Notes: generated by a model from the letters alone, not told the origin. A stretch of DNA of 63,513 nt, filler included, from Octopus bimaculoides (GCF_001194135.2; 2 parts of 2 records of this genome joined end to end with filler, not necessarily neighbours in it), one strand, 5' to 3'. Counted from the first letter of the whole stretch, positions 14,361 to 27,526 are shown. Numbers and translations are program-made.

Positions 14361-14817
14361 TAGGGTGCTATTTGAGGGAGATTTGGCTGCTATTTCTACC
14401 AGGTCTATCTTCCATGTAGAGGTCTCCCTCATTGGTTGATACATACATATATACATAGATAAGAGAGTAGGGTGTGATTTGAGGGAGATTTGGTTGCTAT
14501 TTCTACCAGCTCTAGCTACCACGTAGAGGTCTCCCTCATTGGTTCATACATACATACATATATACATAGATAAGAGAGTAGGCTGTGATTTGAGGGAGAT
14601 TTGACTGCTATTTCTAGCAGGTCTAGCTACCATGTAGAGGTCTCCCTCATTGGTTCATACATACATATAAACATAATTAAGACAGTAGGGTATAATTTAA
14701 GGGAGATTTGGCTGTTATTTCTACCACCACCATATAGAAGTCTCCCTCATTGGCTCATACATATATACATACATATATAAGACAGTAGGGTATGATTTGA
14801 GAGCAATTTGGCTGCTA
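14361..14817 (+). repeat. Tandem array of ~107-bp units (4 full + 1 partial)
   Basis: Units start at 14361, 14468, 14579, 14686 and 14786. Each has gagggag-atttggctgctatttcta...gtagaggt-ctccctc followed by (CATA)n. Confidence 0.9.
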
Positions 14818-15142
14818 TAACAACCAAATCTTCATTTCTATCTAACATTCTTGTTTTCTTTGCTATTCTTTCTCTTAGGCAGCTGACCCTTTTGACAGAA
14901 TTAATAATAGACTCTTACCTTAAATATAGTCTCTCCCCCAACCCCATTTTTACCCATTAAGACTGTTCTCTGTTAATCCAGTTGTTTGCATCTGGGGTAT
15001 CATGACACCCTGGTGTGAGGTTTTTGAATTTTGCACAATTGACAAAATACACCAAAACTGGTGTCAAGGAGACAGTGAGAAAGATGTCTTCAAGTGTTGT
15101 ATTCCACTGGCTTTTAATCTTTTTCCTTTTTGTTATGGAATG

Positions 15143-15285
15143 GTGGGATGTGGATAGGTGGGGTGTGGATAGGTGGGGTGTGGATAGGTGGGGTGTGGAT
15201 AGGTGGGGTGTGGATAGGTGGGGTGTGGATAGGTGGGGTGTGGATAGGTGGGGTGTGGATAGGTGGGCTGTGGATAGGTGGGGTG
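15143..15285 (+). repeat. 15-bp G-rich minisatellite (GTGGGGTGTGGATAG) x ~9.5
   Basis: Directly visible. It produces the spurious DRWGV, TPHLS and HTPPI repeat ORFs. Confidence 0.95.
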
Positions 15286-15448
15286 CATCTGCTGCCCATG
15301 GTTTTCTTGTCTTATTCAACTTTTATCCTTTATTTGTTTCAGTCATAATGGCTGTTTGATAAGAAGCTTGTTTCTCAAACTACATAGTTTTGAGTTCAGT
15401 CCTACTGCATGGCACTTTGGGAGACAACAAGCACACACACAAGCATGT

Positions 15449-15482
<34 letters not shown>

Positions 15483-15899
15483 ATGTCAGCCTGTATGTAT
15501 ATATGTATATGATGAGCTTCTTTCAGTTTCCATCCACCAAATCCACTCACATGGTTTGGTTGGCCTGAGGCTATAGAGGAGACTTACCCAAAATGCCATG
15601 CAGTAGAACTGAAACTGGAACCATGTGGGTTCGGAAGCAAACTTCTTACCACATAGCGATGCTTATACAAAGAATAAACGACCATAAACTGCATGTTAAC
15701 CCTTCCATCTTAAAACAGTAAAATACTTAATTTAGGGGCTGCTGGCATAAGTCACTTGTAATGGTTTACAAAATGTCTTGTGAAACAGAAGTGAAGGGGC
15801 TGCTTCTATAAAAGATAAACTTAGACATATTTCTACCAAAATTGGCCCAGGTTGTTTAACTTAGAAGCACCACTTCATAGGTAGCCATTTTTAGTTAAG

Positions 15900-16330
15900 T
15901 TTTGTGGTATCGTGGCCCATTCTAGTAGGGAATTATTATTGAATGAGATGTATTCAAGTATAGGTGGCTTATCTTGTATCCCTTGAAAAAATTTGTCCAA
16001 ATTTTGTTTGAAGGTAATGGAGGCTTTTTCTTTGATTTGTTTTGAGATAATATTAAATAGAGTAAGGCCTGTTGAGGAAGAGAAAACGTGTTGCAGAGTA
16101 TTTATGTGTTGTGGGCCTGAATTGTGTAGGAGGTCTATGACATGGGGTCCCGCCTTTGGATAAATTCTGAATTTGATGTTTTGATATAAAATATGATATA
16201 AAACTGGTTGTCAAGGAGGATTAATTGATCTGTGGTAAAACATACAGATAAATAAATTCCAGTAGTGTGAGGTACAGATAAAAAGATAAGAGTTTTTCAG
16301 GTGCATAGATAATACGTGTAGATTTGCTGA
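15900..16330 (-). mobile_element. CR1/L2-group LINE 3' end fragment
   Basis: Minus strand encodes ...LFNIISKQIKEKASITFKQNLDKF...QDKPPILEYISFNNNSLLEWA, typical of CR1-group ORF2 C-termini. Confidence 0.55.
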
Positions 16331-16419
16331 ACCCCAGATGTTAGACTGATGTTAAATCAAATCAGTTCATTCTGAATCTTTTTCTGTCTCCCTCATATAG
16401 TATTTTCATGTACATTCAC

Positions 16420-16456
16420 CTATTGTTTGTTCTTTGTTATCTATCCCTATAAAATC
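16420..16456 (-). CDS. Candidate 37-nt coding exon of an unidentified minus-strand gene
   Basis: tgttgtttatgcag|GATTTTATAGGGATAGATAACAAAGAACAAACAATAG|gtgaat encodes DFIGIDNKEQTI + 1 nt. Splice signals only; no homology recognised. Confidence 0.25.
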
Positions 16457-17482
16457 CTGCATAAACAACACATCTATTTCTTGATATATTGAACTTCTGG
16501 ATATGTTATTTTATAATTATACACGCATAAACATGTGTGAGCGTGTGTATAAATTAAAGTTTGGTTTTATGTCAAGATACATGTAAAAATGATTTAACAT
16601 GAAATTGGAGAATCACTCAATTTTTTGTTGAGCTTGTTAAACTTTTACAAAGAAAATGTTGACAGTAACTTTGAAATTTATACATACATGCAATTTATGC
16701 ATGTGTGTATATATATATCATCATCATTATCATGATCCTCATTTAATGTCTGTCTTCTGTGCTGGCATGGATTGGACTATATATATATATATATATATAA
16801 ATAATGCATGTATATATACATGTATATACATATGCATATGTATTATCTATATATCTATGAATATATGCATACATATATATGTATATATGTATATACCAAT
16901 ATGTAAGTATGCTCATATGGATGTATACATGTATGTATATATGGATATATATATACGTATAAACCTATGTATACCCACACATATGTATCCACACACACAT
17001 AACACTTGGTGCTGTTTATTTAAGTAGAAGGGGACAACGCTGTATTGAAGAAAAGTGCAAGAGTGGAATTTTCCACAGGATACGACGACCAGAGAACTTT
17101 ACCCATGAATCATCAGCTAAATTGTTTATCATCACTTGCAGCCAGCGCAAATATACATGGTGCAGTGCACAGCTGCACACACACACACACGCGCACACAC
17201 ACGCACACACTCTCTCTCTCTCTCTCTATTTTTCTATCCCCCCTCTCTCTCTCTATTTAAACCTGACTGTGTTTTTTCCCCCCACATCACTGTATCATTT
17301 CCTCACACATAATATCTATATCTCCATTAATTATTTCTCTCTCTCTCTCTCTCACTTTCTCTTTATCCTCTCTGTTTTCTCTTTCTCTCTTTCTCTCTCC
17401 ACGACTCTTTCATTCTCTGTCTTTCTTAACTATTGAGATAGACTCTCTGTCTCTCTCAACTATTCTCTCTCTATCCATTCAC

Positions 17483-17549
<67 letters not shown>

Positions 17550-17854
17550 CCTATCTATCCATCAATTTGTGTGTGTGTGTGTGTGTATGCATCTGACTGT
17601 CTGTCCATCCATCAGTCCGACAGTCCATCCATCTATCTAGTTATCCCTCTCACTCCTCCCTTACTCTCTCCCTCTCTCCCTTTCTCTCTCTCTCTACATC
17701 TCTCTCCATCTCTTTCCATCTCTCTATGTATCTTTCCATTTATTCAGAGATGTCCTTCGTGTACACACCTTATACAACACATACCATTATTTCTGTTTGT
17801 TATATACATTCTTTTTCTACCTCCAATTTGATCTGGACTTTATATGTTTGTATG

Positions 17855-17885
<31 letters not shown>

Positions 17886-18029
17886 GTATATCTTTTGTCT
17901 TTTGTCTTTTATCATTCACTTGTTCCATTCATTGGACTGCAGTTTTGCTGGAGTACCATCTTGAAGGGTTTACTAGGCTTTTTTCTAGCCTAGTACTCAC
18001 CCTAGTACTGGGGTTGATGTAAACCCTCT

Positions 18030-18484
18030 TGCAGCATCACCTGAAAAAGAGCTGGTCTTGCACCAAAATTGGAAAGAATTGTCAGCATTTTTTTCATCTT
18101 TATGTTCAGAGTTCAAATTCTGCCATGGCTGACATTGCCTTTCATTGTTTTTGGGGTCGATGAAATAAGCACAAGTTGAGCACTTGGGTTCAAGTAATCA
18201 ACTAGCCCCCTCCCCTACAAAACATTAGCCTTTGTAAAAAGGGTTATTATAGTAAAAAGGAGTATTATCATCATCATCATCAGCATTATTATTATTATTA
18301 TTAAGGGCAGCAAGCTGGTAGAATCGTTAGCATGCAGGGTGAAATGCTTAGCAGTATTTTGTCTGCCACTACATTCTGGGTTCAAATTCCATTCATGAAA
18401 TAAGTACCAGTATTGCACTGGGGTCGATGTAATCGATTAGTACCCTTCTTCAAAAAATTTTCATGGCCTTGTGCCTAAAGTAGA

Positions 18485-18529
<45 letters not shown>

Positions 18530-18765
18530 TGTAATTATTTTTAAAGGTGGTGAACTGTCAAAATTGCTAGCATGCTGGACACATGCTCAATGGCATTTCA
18601 TCGATCATTATATTCTGAGTTCAAACTCTGTGGAGATCAACTTTGTCTTTCATCCTTTTGGGGGTTGATAAATCAAGTACCTGTTGCACACTGTAGCTGA
18701 CTAGCTATCCCCAACCACCCTGCTCCCCTGCAAAAATTTCAGGCCTTGTGCCTATAGCAGAAAGG

Positions 18766-18800
<35 letters not shown>
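18030..18800 (+). mobile_element. Three head-to-tail copies of a third tRNA-derived SINE family
   Basis: Units start near 18030, 18302 and 18542. They share gagttcaaattc...ggggtcgat...aagtacc...ggccttgtgcct..agtagaa, each followed by a trinucleotide tail (ATC/ATT, AAT, ACT). Confidence 0.7.
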
Positions 18801-18956
18801 AACTACTACATCGATATATCCTGATTTCAATATCAAGGATTTGTCAGCATATTCCAAAATAACATAGCAAGCATGCTTTCTGTTTTATAATTTCTCGATT
18901 CTTTTTGTGGGCTAGAAATAACAGCCAAATTTTGTTTTTAAATATGCATATACATT

Positions 18957-19038
<82 letters not shown>

Positions 19039-19203
19039 TCTCTCATATATATATATTAATATATTGATAGAAATGGCAAGACAACAAAAGAATGAAAGAG
19101 ACCTCAATGTTATGTAAATAGAGGAATTTATCTGTAAATATAATATGTGACAATTATTTGGTAGCCATAATAAAACACTGAGTTACTGATGTCAGGGTGG
19201 AAA

Positions 19204-19314
19204 CCCATACTAGCATCTCTTCAGTTATCGGGCCATTGAAAAATGCTATGAAAATGACCCATTTTCATAGCACTTTTTTCAATGGCCCAATAACTGAAGA
19301 GATGCCAGTATGGG
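19204..19314. repeat. Near-perfect hairpin (~53-bp arms, 3-nt loop)
   Basis: cccatactagcatctcttcagttat...gaaaatg-acc-cattttc...ataactgaagagatgccagtatggg. The right arm runs into an N gap. Confidence 0.9.
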
Positions 19315-19340
19315 NNNNNNNNNNNNNNNNNNNNNNNNNN

Positions 19341-19372
<32 letters not shown>

Positions 19373-19533
19373 AAGATGTATATTCTCATCATCATCATCA
19401 TCATCATCATTGTAGAAAGGATTATTACTATCATTAAGGCAGTGATCTGGCAGAGTTGTTAACACACTGGGCGAAATGCTTAATAATGTACATAGTTTCT
19501 CATCTCTTAAAAATAGAACTATATTATTATTAC

Positions 19534-19570
<37 letters not shown>

Positions 19571-19571
<1 letters not shown>

Positions 19572-19914
19572 GTTTAACTTTTGCTTTGTACAAGTTGACT
19601 CCAGGTCTCACCCACTGACCTCAAGAGACAACAAGTTCGAAGTTCAAGTTGATGTTATGACTAGTATGTCAAAACATAAGAATATTAGAAATTTGTTTTA
19701 AAACGAATTTGATCATTAGATGAGAGTCTCGCGTTAAGATGACAGCAAGACGTGTTTGCTGTCATGTATGCTTAAAAGTACTTTTGACACTGTTCACAGA
19801 TTAAAATGTCTTGGGGATTATGTTGACAATATTTTATGTAGGATATAGGTAGTTCCTATGAGTGCTATTTTTTGAATTTCTTCCATTTTAGGATTTCCTG
19901 GTATCTGAGCTAGG
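19571..19914 (-). mobile_element. Second R4/Dong-like 3' end, copy B (different subfamily)
   Basis: Minus strand encodes LAQIPGNPKMEEIQKIALIGTTYILHKILST*, followed by an unrelated 3' UTR that ends in a (TAA)n tract. Confidence 0.72.
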
Positions 19915-20720
19915 TATTATTATTTCCTTTTATTGCAGTTTTTGTTGGAAATTCTGGAGTCTTGCGTGTGTAGCAGGCTTACTACCTGCAGCCTACAGTA
20001 CCATGCTATCCGTTCTTTTCAAGTATCTAATACTTTTCTGATTATTCTGGCCGTGCCAGAGAGGCAAACCTTTTGTAACTGGACATACTATTCCAATTTC
20101 CTTTATATTCCTCTTGATTCCTTCTGATACTGATCCCAAGGACCCAACAGTAATTGGCACTATCTTCACCTTCTTCATTTTCCATAGCCAGGTTATTTCA
20201 TACTTAAGAGGGTTGTATCTATCTGTCTTTTTGCCTTCCTTTGTGACTATTCTTGGGTCACAGAGGCATGTAACCTCAACTATATAGCATAGTGGTGGTG
20301 CACCTTGTCCACCACCACTAGGTCCAGTCTGTTATGCCCTAGCACCTGATTTGTTTGGATTGGGAAGTCCCAGAGGATGTTCCTAGTCTCCAACTCTACC
20401 ACTCTCTGTGGTTCGTGTTAATACCACGTCTTGCCTCTCTTTAGCAAACATTTTTCGTACAGTTTCCAATGTAGCATTTTTGCTACCTGATCGTGTCGCC
20501 ACAACTTGTTGTGGTTTTGGGCATTCATTTGTGATACGAGCAATGGTTTCATCCACTTTGTTGCAGATGTGGCACAGTGGAGACACTTGCTCATTCCTAA
20601 GGTTGATCCTTCAGTTCATGACCAAAGCTTGGTCTTCTGCTACCAGTATAATACTCTCGGTCTCTTTTTTCAGTGTTCTTTTCATCAGCCAGTCCCACCT
20701 ATTTTTTCCAGCAACTTCTG
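19915..20720 (-). mobile_element. 5'-truncated R4/Dong-like non-LTR retrotransposon (CCHC finger + restriction-like endonuclease), copy A
   Basis: Frameshifted pieces LKKETESIILVAEDQAL, SPLCHICNKVDETIARITNEC, VKIVPITVGSLGSV and QKVCLSGTARIIRKVLDT*. A short 3' UTR ends in aataataata. Confidence 0.85.
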
Positions 20721-20960
<240 letters not shown>

Positions 20961-21899
20961 TGTAGATATATTTCAATGTCAATCTCATTAACTTGTCAAT
21001 CTATTCTGACACAGCATGGCAAACATAATTTCTTCTTAACTTCCTGTGCTTTTTGTCTTTTCCACCCTTTCCCTCTCCCTCTCTCCATCTATCTATTGTT
21101 CAATCTGTCTGTATCTATGTGTCTATCCATCCCTCTCTTTCTCTCACTTCCCCCTCTCTCAAAAGTTTCTGTCTTGGCTTGTTCCGCATAATACCCTCAT
21201 CCACTCTTCTCTATCTCCTATCCCTCTCTCTCTCTCCCCTAACACGTGGCTCCTTGCCCATCTACCCTTCAACCCAATCCAATTGGGCAGTCTGTCTCTT
21301 AACCACTCATTCTCCTTCCCATACAATCTTGGAGTTAAATTCTTCAACTCACTTTGGGGCTTCTGGGACCACTTAAGCACTTCATTACCATTATCTATCT
21401 CCTGCTGTTCATTTTCTCTTTTTCTCCCTTTCTCCTACCAGTTGTGAGGAGCCTTACTGATTGTCTACAAGAAGCTGCACTACTACAGCCCTCTCTCCTT
21501 TTAGTTCAAGACCCTTGTCCCCCTAGCATGAGACTGACTGCTCCTTCAAGGGTCTGTAATCCTGTGAGCTGCATGGTAACCTCAATAGTGCAGGTGACAT
21601 GAAGTCCACATTGTAAAATGGTTTGGCATCCAATCATAGAAACCATGCCAAATCAGGCATTGGATCATGATGTACTCCATGGACACTTTGGATCCCATGA
21701 AATTTGCCAACATGGAACATGGACGTTAAATGGTGATGACATTAATGATGATGACGATAATGATAATGATGATGACAATGATGATTATGATGATTCTACT
21801 ATTTTACAGTCAGTTTCAACCAGAGGCAGTGATCATGCTGTGGCACTGTCTTTAGCATTATTTTATTCATTATAGACTCATTTCCTGGTCTTGTCTCCA

Positions 21900-22310
21900 G
21901 AATCAGTCTTGGGGAAATAATGGGTTGGACAGATTTGCCCATCTTTGCATTTCTTGTCCTGTTGTGGATTCATCTGGTATAATAGATAAAGACCTTGTTT
22001 GAATATACATCTACATTTATACCTTGGCAATGTGTTGAAATGATGCAGGTCTTTAAACTAGAAGCTGTTACAGTGCTGGATCTTTACTCTAGATTGAGAG
22101 GACAGGATCTTTGGTGCCATGATATGGCACCCAATCTAGTGATTGGTCAAGCTTTCAATACCAAAGTTGGGTACTAGGCCTTCTGGACATTTTCATACCT
22201 AAATTTTTGTTAAGAATGTTCCATTACATACAAGTATATATTTACAAGTGTTCTGTTTATTAAACATCTTAGTATAAAACCAGTGAGACGGAACATCTTT
22301 TGCACTTTGT
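21900..22310 (-). mobile_element. CR1/L2-group LINE ORF2 fragment
   Basis: Minus strand HIDKVQKMFRLTGFILRCLINRTLVNIYLY...ENVQK resembles the post-RT region of CR1-group LINEs; heavily decayed. Confidence 0.45.
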
Positions 22311-22385
22311 CAATATGCTAGAAATAACAGCTAAAATATAATCATAAAACAGGTGACTTGATCTTCATTAAATCTCTTTCTCTCG

Positions 22386-22423
<38 letters not shown>

Positions 22424-22713
22424 NNNNNNNNNNNNNNNNNNNNNNNNNNNNNNNNNNNNNNNNNNNNNNNNNNNNNNNNNNNNNNNNNNNNNNNNNNNNN
22501 NNNNNNNNNNNNNNNNNNNNNNNNNNNNNNNNNNNNNNNNNNNNNNNNNNNNNNNNNNNNNNNNNNNNNNNNNNNNNNNNNNNNNNNNNNNNNNNNNNNN
22601 NNNNNNNNNNNNNNNNNNNNNNNNNNNNNNNNNNNNNNNNNNNNNNNNNNNNNNNNNNNNNNNNNNNNNNNNNNNNNNNNNNNNNNNNNNNNNNNNNNNN
22701 NNNNNNNNNNNNN

Positions 22714-22762
<49 letters not shown>

Positions 22763-22787
22763 AGACATGCATGTACACACACACATA

Positions 22788-22820
<33 letters not shown>

Positions 22821-22889
22821 ATAATGTATACCTACATATGTCCCACACATTTAGTTGTTAAATTGATTTGTTTTTGCTTTGTGTTACTG

Positions 22890-22936
<47 letters not shown>

Positions 22937-24345
22937 TGAATGTACTGTTTGTGTGTGGCATCTGCTATGGCAATACTCTAGATCGAAAGTAAACAAGTTA
23001 TTTAAGAGTAGTTTCCACTCAGACGTTGCCACAACCCTCACCATCAACAATGTTATCCATGCTATTCTCTCAATCTCTCTATCTCCCTCTTTGTATCTCA
23101 CACTCTCTCACTATCCATCCATCCAACTATCTCTGTCTATCTGTCTGTCTATCTATCTGTCTATCTGTCTGTCTGTCTATCTGTCTATCTATTTGTCTGT
23201 CTATCTGTCTGTCTATCTCTCCGTCTATCTGTATGTCCATCTGTATGTCTATCTGTTTGTCTCTCTGTTTGTCTATTTACCTGTCTGTCTATTAGTCTGT
23301 CTATCTGTCTATCTGTCTGTCTTTAATCTATTTCCCTTTCTTTCTCAAAGGTATATGAATATATTTATACATATGCCAGATACTTGATGTAAGTCAAGCT
23401 TGTTTACATGCAATGAAACAGATATGTTCCTTAACACACTTTCCATCCCTGTTCCTCTCTCTTCTTCCACCACTCTTTCTCTCTTTCCTCTCTTTCCCCC
23501 TCTCTCTTCTTCCACCACTCTTTCTCTCCTCTCCCCCATTCTCTCTTTCTCTTATTTATCTTGTTTATCAAGATTTTTTTACTCACATCTCACTCAGGCA
23601 TTTGCTTTCTTCTTGTTTACCTGCCGGCCTCAATTCACACATGTTCATATACACACACACACACACACACACAGACTTGTCTATGTATGTGTGTGTGTGT
23701 GTGTATATATGAACAATTACAATAAACACAAGTTTGCATTATTCTCTGCTTATGTTTATTACAATTTCTCTTACAATTGCTTTGTATATTTCATAACTTG
23801 TTATGCTGCCTTGTTATAGTTGTTGCTTAACCGCTGGAAGCAGACTGGGTGATGACGATACGCTATAAGGAACTCGAATCTTACCAGTAGCGATTATAGT
23901 GAACCTACTGTACATGCAAAGTACTCTGTGTGTGTGTGTGTGAAGGCCCATGGCCTGGTGGTGAGGGTGGTTTTGATTATCGTATCAGCAGAGCTTCCCA
24001 TTGATCCAGTTGACTCAGCTTTAAATGAATAACACTGTACTGGGCTTGTATTCCATTCAGGGTGAATGTTGGCCTGACCACTTGGCTTGACCACTTGGCA
24101 TCATTCAAGAACTTAAGCAATGTAAGAATGCATGTTCTGTAACAACATCCATCCAATAGCCTGGTCAACAGTCATTGGACTACAGCCATAGGGGGGGGGG
24201 TTAATTTGTTGAACTAGGACTTGCTTTTTTTTTGTTTAAGCCTGGTACTCATTCTATCGGTCTCATTTGGAGAGCCATTAAGTTATGGCAACATAAACAA
24301 ACCAACACTGGTTGTCAAGTAGTGGTAGGGGACAAACACAAACAT

Positions 24346-24392
<47 letters not shown>

Positions 24393-24754
24393 TGGTGGAA
24401 TTCTTTCACTTTCTGCTTACCAAATCCACTTAGAAGGCTTTGTCAGCTTCAAGCTACATCAGGAAGCACTTGCTCAAAGTGCCACACAGTAGGACTGAAC
24501 TTGCAATCATGTTCTTGAAAAGTAAACTCCTTATCACATAGCTATGCCTGTGTCTATATATGAAAATACACACTGGCACACACACACATACACATATAAA
24601 GTAAATGTTTTCCCAAATAAAATTTCACTGCTCCAATGAAGCTATAGGGTGATTCTCAAGCACTCAACTATGAGCGCGTTGCGTCTTATTGCAGAAACAG
24701 CTGTAAGCCAATGAAGTTCGTAACATAACTGTTTATTTCTTTGTGATTCTAATT

Positions 24755-24799
<45 letters not shown>

Positions 24800-25867
24800 T
24801 GTATGTATGAATGTATTTAAAAAATATCTAGCAAAATGGGATATGGTCTGGTACTTCTGTATTCTATTCTTTATCTCCCATTCTACCTGAACCTACCTAC
24901 CCACAAAATTTTCCTAACAAATCCATTCCCCACAACACATCCTCCTAACACCCCTCCCTCTACCTACTCACTATATTCCCCTCCTCTCCATCTCCCACTC
25001 TCCTTTCACAATTTACTCATCCCCAGACCCTATCCAATCCCTAGTTCACTTCGTTAATTCCACCTTCCTGTGAGTTGGGTGTATGCCCTGTTACATCTTC
25101 ATCTTATCTTTCTCCACTCTTGCACATCCCCACGCTCTCTCTCTCTCTCTCTCTCTCCACTTGAGTCAGCCATGTGTCTCCTCAACAGTAAGATACCTGT
25201 TTCTGCCTTTCTGTTTCATACTCTAACTACTCCTCGCCTCGTGTGAAGCTGCTTCCCTCAATACTGCTCCCCATCTCAATTGAGGGCTGTTGCCTTCCAA
25301 GTTACCTCACTGCTGCTGTTGTTAGTACACTATGTAAAGTGGTTAGTGTTAGGAAGGAAACTCAACTATTGAAACAATAACAAAGCAGATAACAAGGCTT
25401 GGTGCAGCCTCCTGACTTGCCAGCTCCTCTCAAACCATCCAGCCCATGCCACCATGGAAAATGCATATTAAATGATGATGATGATGATGATGATATATAT
25501 ATATACAATATGTTGGAATATTCCAACAGATCATAATGTAATCCTTGTATTGTCCTTTGCATGTCCTGATGATTTTCCCCACAAGATTACATATTTATAT
25601 ATGTTTTGTAGTTTAAATTGGATGCGAAATGAAACGATTGTAGGTGAAGATGTTTATTTATTAATAGATTAATTTGTATCCATTGGATCCCTGTTTTCAA
25701 ACTTAATGATAATATTTGATATCTTATGATATTTTACATAATATATTCATTAAAGAAATATCTCTTCAAAATACAATATTTTAAACCAGTATGTCTTGGA
25801 TAGAAATACCTCTCTAAAAGGTCTAAATATCCTTATAGTGACTATATATATATATATATATATACAC

Positions 25868-26215
25868 AAATTCCAAATTTAAAGGAGTAGAACAGGTAAA
25901 ATGTAAGCTTCCTATGTTTCTTAACTAGGTGAAGCTAATTATGCAGTTGTTGCTCAATGAACTCTTCTCAGCGTAGCTTGCTATCAGTTTGAAATTACTT
26001 CAATAAAGTTTATGTTGCCTCATGGAATTCCCAAGTCAGCCACAATCCTGCATTATTGCTGACTTTGGAATTCCATGTGGCACTGTAATTTAAGCCTGAT
26101 GACGAGCTACACTGAGAAGAGTTTATTGCACAACAATTGTATAATTAGCTTAAGCTAGTTAAGAAACATATGAAGCTTACATTTTACCTATTCCACTACT
26201 TTAAATTTGGAATTT
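25868..26215. mobile_element. MITE/foldback element with ~120-bp imperfect TIRs
   Basis: aaattccaaatttaaag...ctcttctcagcgtagctt is mirrored by gagctacactgagaagag...ctttaaatttggaattt. Confidence 0.8.
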
Positions 26216-27357
26216 TATTTGCATTTTTAGCAGCAGTAGTTTATTTAGTCCTTTTACATCCATTTTTCAATGTTAGTATGAGTTAGATAAGTATTGTGAT
26301 ATAGTTTAACATCCACATGACCTTCATGCTACTTTTTTTCATCAAGGATGTTTTGATTCTATTCAACTTCAAAAACACAGAACTGCCATATAATTTATTG
26401 ACAGAATATCAACAAATATTTCTGTTCATGACTCAGCCTGGCACAGATGGTGAACGTTCACTCAGACTTATGACTCCCCCTATGTGTGTGTGTGTGTGTG
26501 TGTGTGTGTACACACACACACAACTGCAGGTGTGGCTGTATGGTAAGAAGTTTGCTTCCCAACCACATGGTTCTAAGATCACACATGGGCAAGTGTCTTC
26601 TGCTCCCACCCTGCCGAATCAAAGTGAATTCAGTAGACAGAAACTTAAAGAAGCCCACATGTGTGTGTGTGGTTGCTGACAGGAAGAGCATCGAGCCATA
26701 AAAAGTCTTCCCCAACAAATTCCGTTTGTCTCATGTTAGTCTGGAAAAGTGGACATTACCAACGTCCACCTGTTTCCAAGCAAGACAATATTTCCTCATG
26801 ACCAGACACATTTTCACAGGAGATTGGAACTGGATGACACTGTCCATACGCAGTTATTTTACAACTATTATCCAGTGTCAAGACAAGGAGACACAACCAT
26901 ACACACATACTCTTTTACACACACACATGCATGCATATGCATATATATATATATATATANNNNNNNNNNNNNNNNNNNNNNNNNNNNNNNNNNNNNNNNN
27001 NNNNNNNNNNNNNNNNNNNNNNNNNNNNNNNNNNNNNNNNNNNNNNNNNNNNNNNNNNNNNNNNNNNNNNNNNNNNNNNNNNNNNNNNNNNNNNNNNNNN
27101 NNNNNNNNNNNNNNNNNNNNNATATATATATGACTGGCTTGTTTCAGTTTCCATCTATGAAATCCACTTATAGGTCTTTGGTCAGCCTGAAGCTATAGTA
27201 GAAGACATTTGCTGAATGTGCTGTGCAGGGGCCTAAACCTAAGATCACATGGTTGGAAAGTAAGATTCTCAACCATACAAAAAGTAATATAAACAAATTA
27301 ACAATATTTACCGATTCCTTAATTATATTTCTTTTATCATTTCAGATATCCCAGAAG

Positions 27358-27526
27358 ATGTTGGAGTCTAAGAGTTGTGCTGTGAACATCCAAACGGGCA
27401 CCAAAAATCGTAAAGCACGTGGTAGTTGGACTGGCAAACTTGACTTTATATTAACGTGTATAGGTTTTGCAGTTGGACTTGGAAATATTTGGAGATTTCC
27501 TTACTTATGTTACAAAAGTGGTGGCG
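27358..27526 (+). CDS. SLC6 neurotransmitter:sodium symporter, amino-acid type (GlyT/PROT; SLC6A9/A5/A7-like), first visible coding exon (N-terminus + TM1)
   Basis: Encodes [56 protein letters not shown], the SLC6 TM1 signature. Acceptor ttttatcatttcag| precedes 27346, and a phase-1 donor G|gtaagt starts at 27527. The reading frame is open from the acceptor (ISQK-M), so an upstream coding exon cannot be excluded. Confidence 0.95.

Noticed and set aside
14361-14817. CRISPR-like repeat array
   Set aside because: Eukaryotic context. Units are ~107 bp, and the intervening sequence is (CATA)n rather than unique spacers. No cas genes.
14973-15030. piggyBac-like terminus (TTAA...ggggtatcatgacaccc)
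   Set aside because: No matching opposite TIR/TTAA or transposase was found.
14957-15359. Repetitive proteins (TPHLS)n / (DRWGV)n
   Set aside because: By-products of the 15-bp minisatellite, open in several frames on both strands.
17100-17125. Minus-strand CTGATGA...GAAA possible hammerhead
   Set aside because: Stem II is offset and there is no stem III/NUH or stem I pairing.
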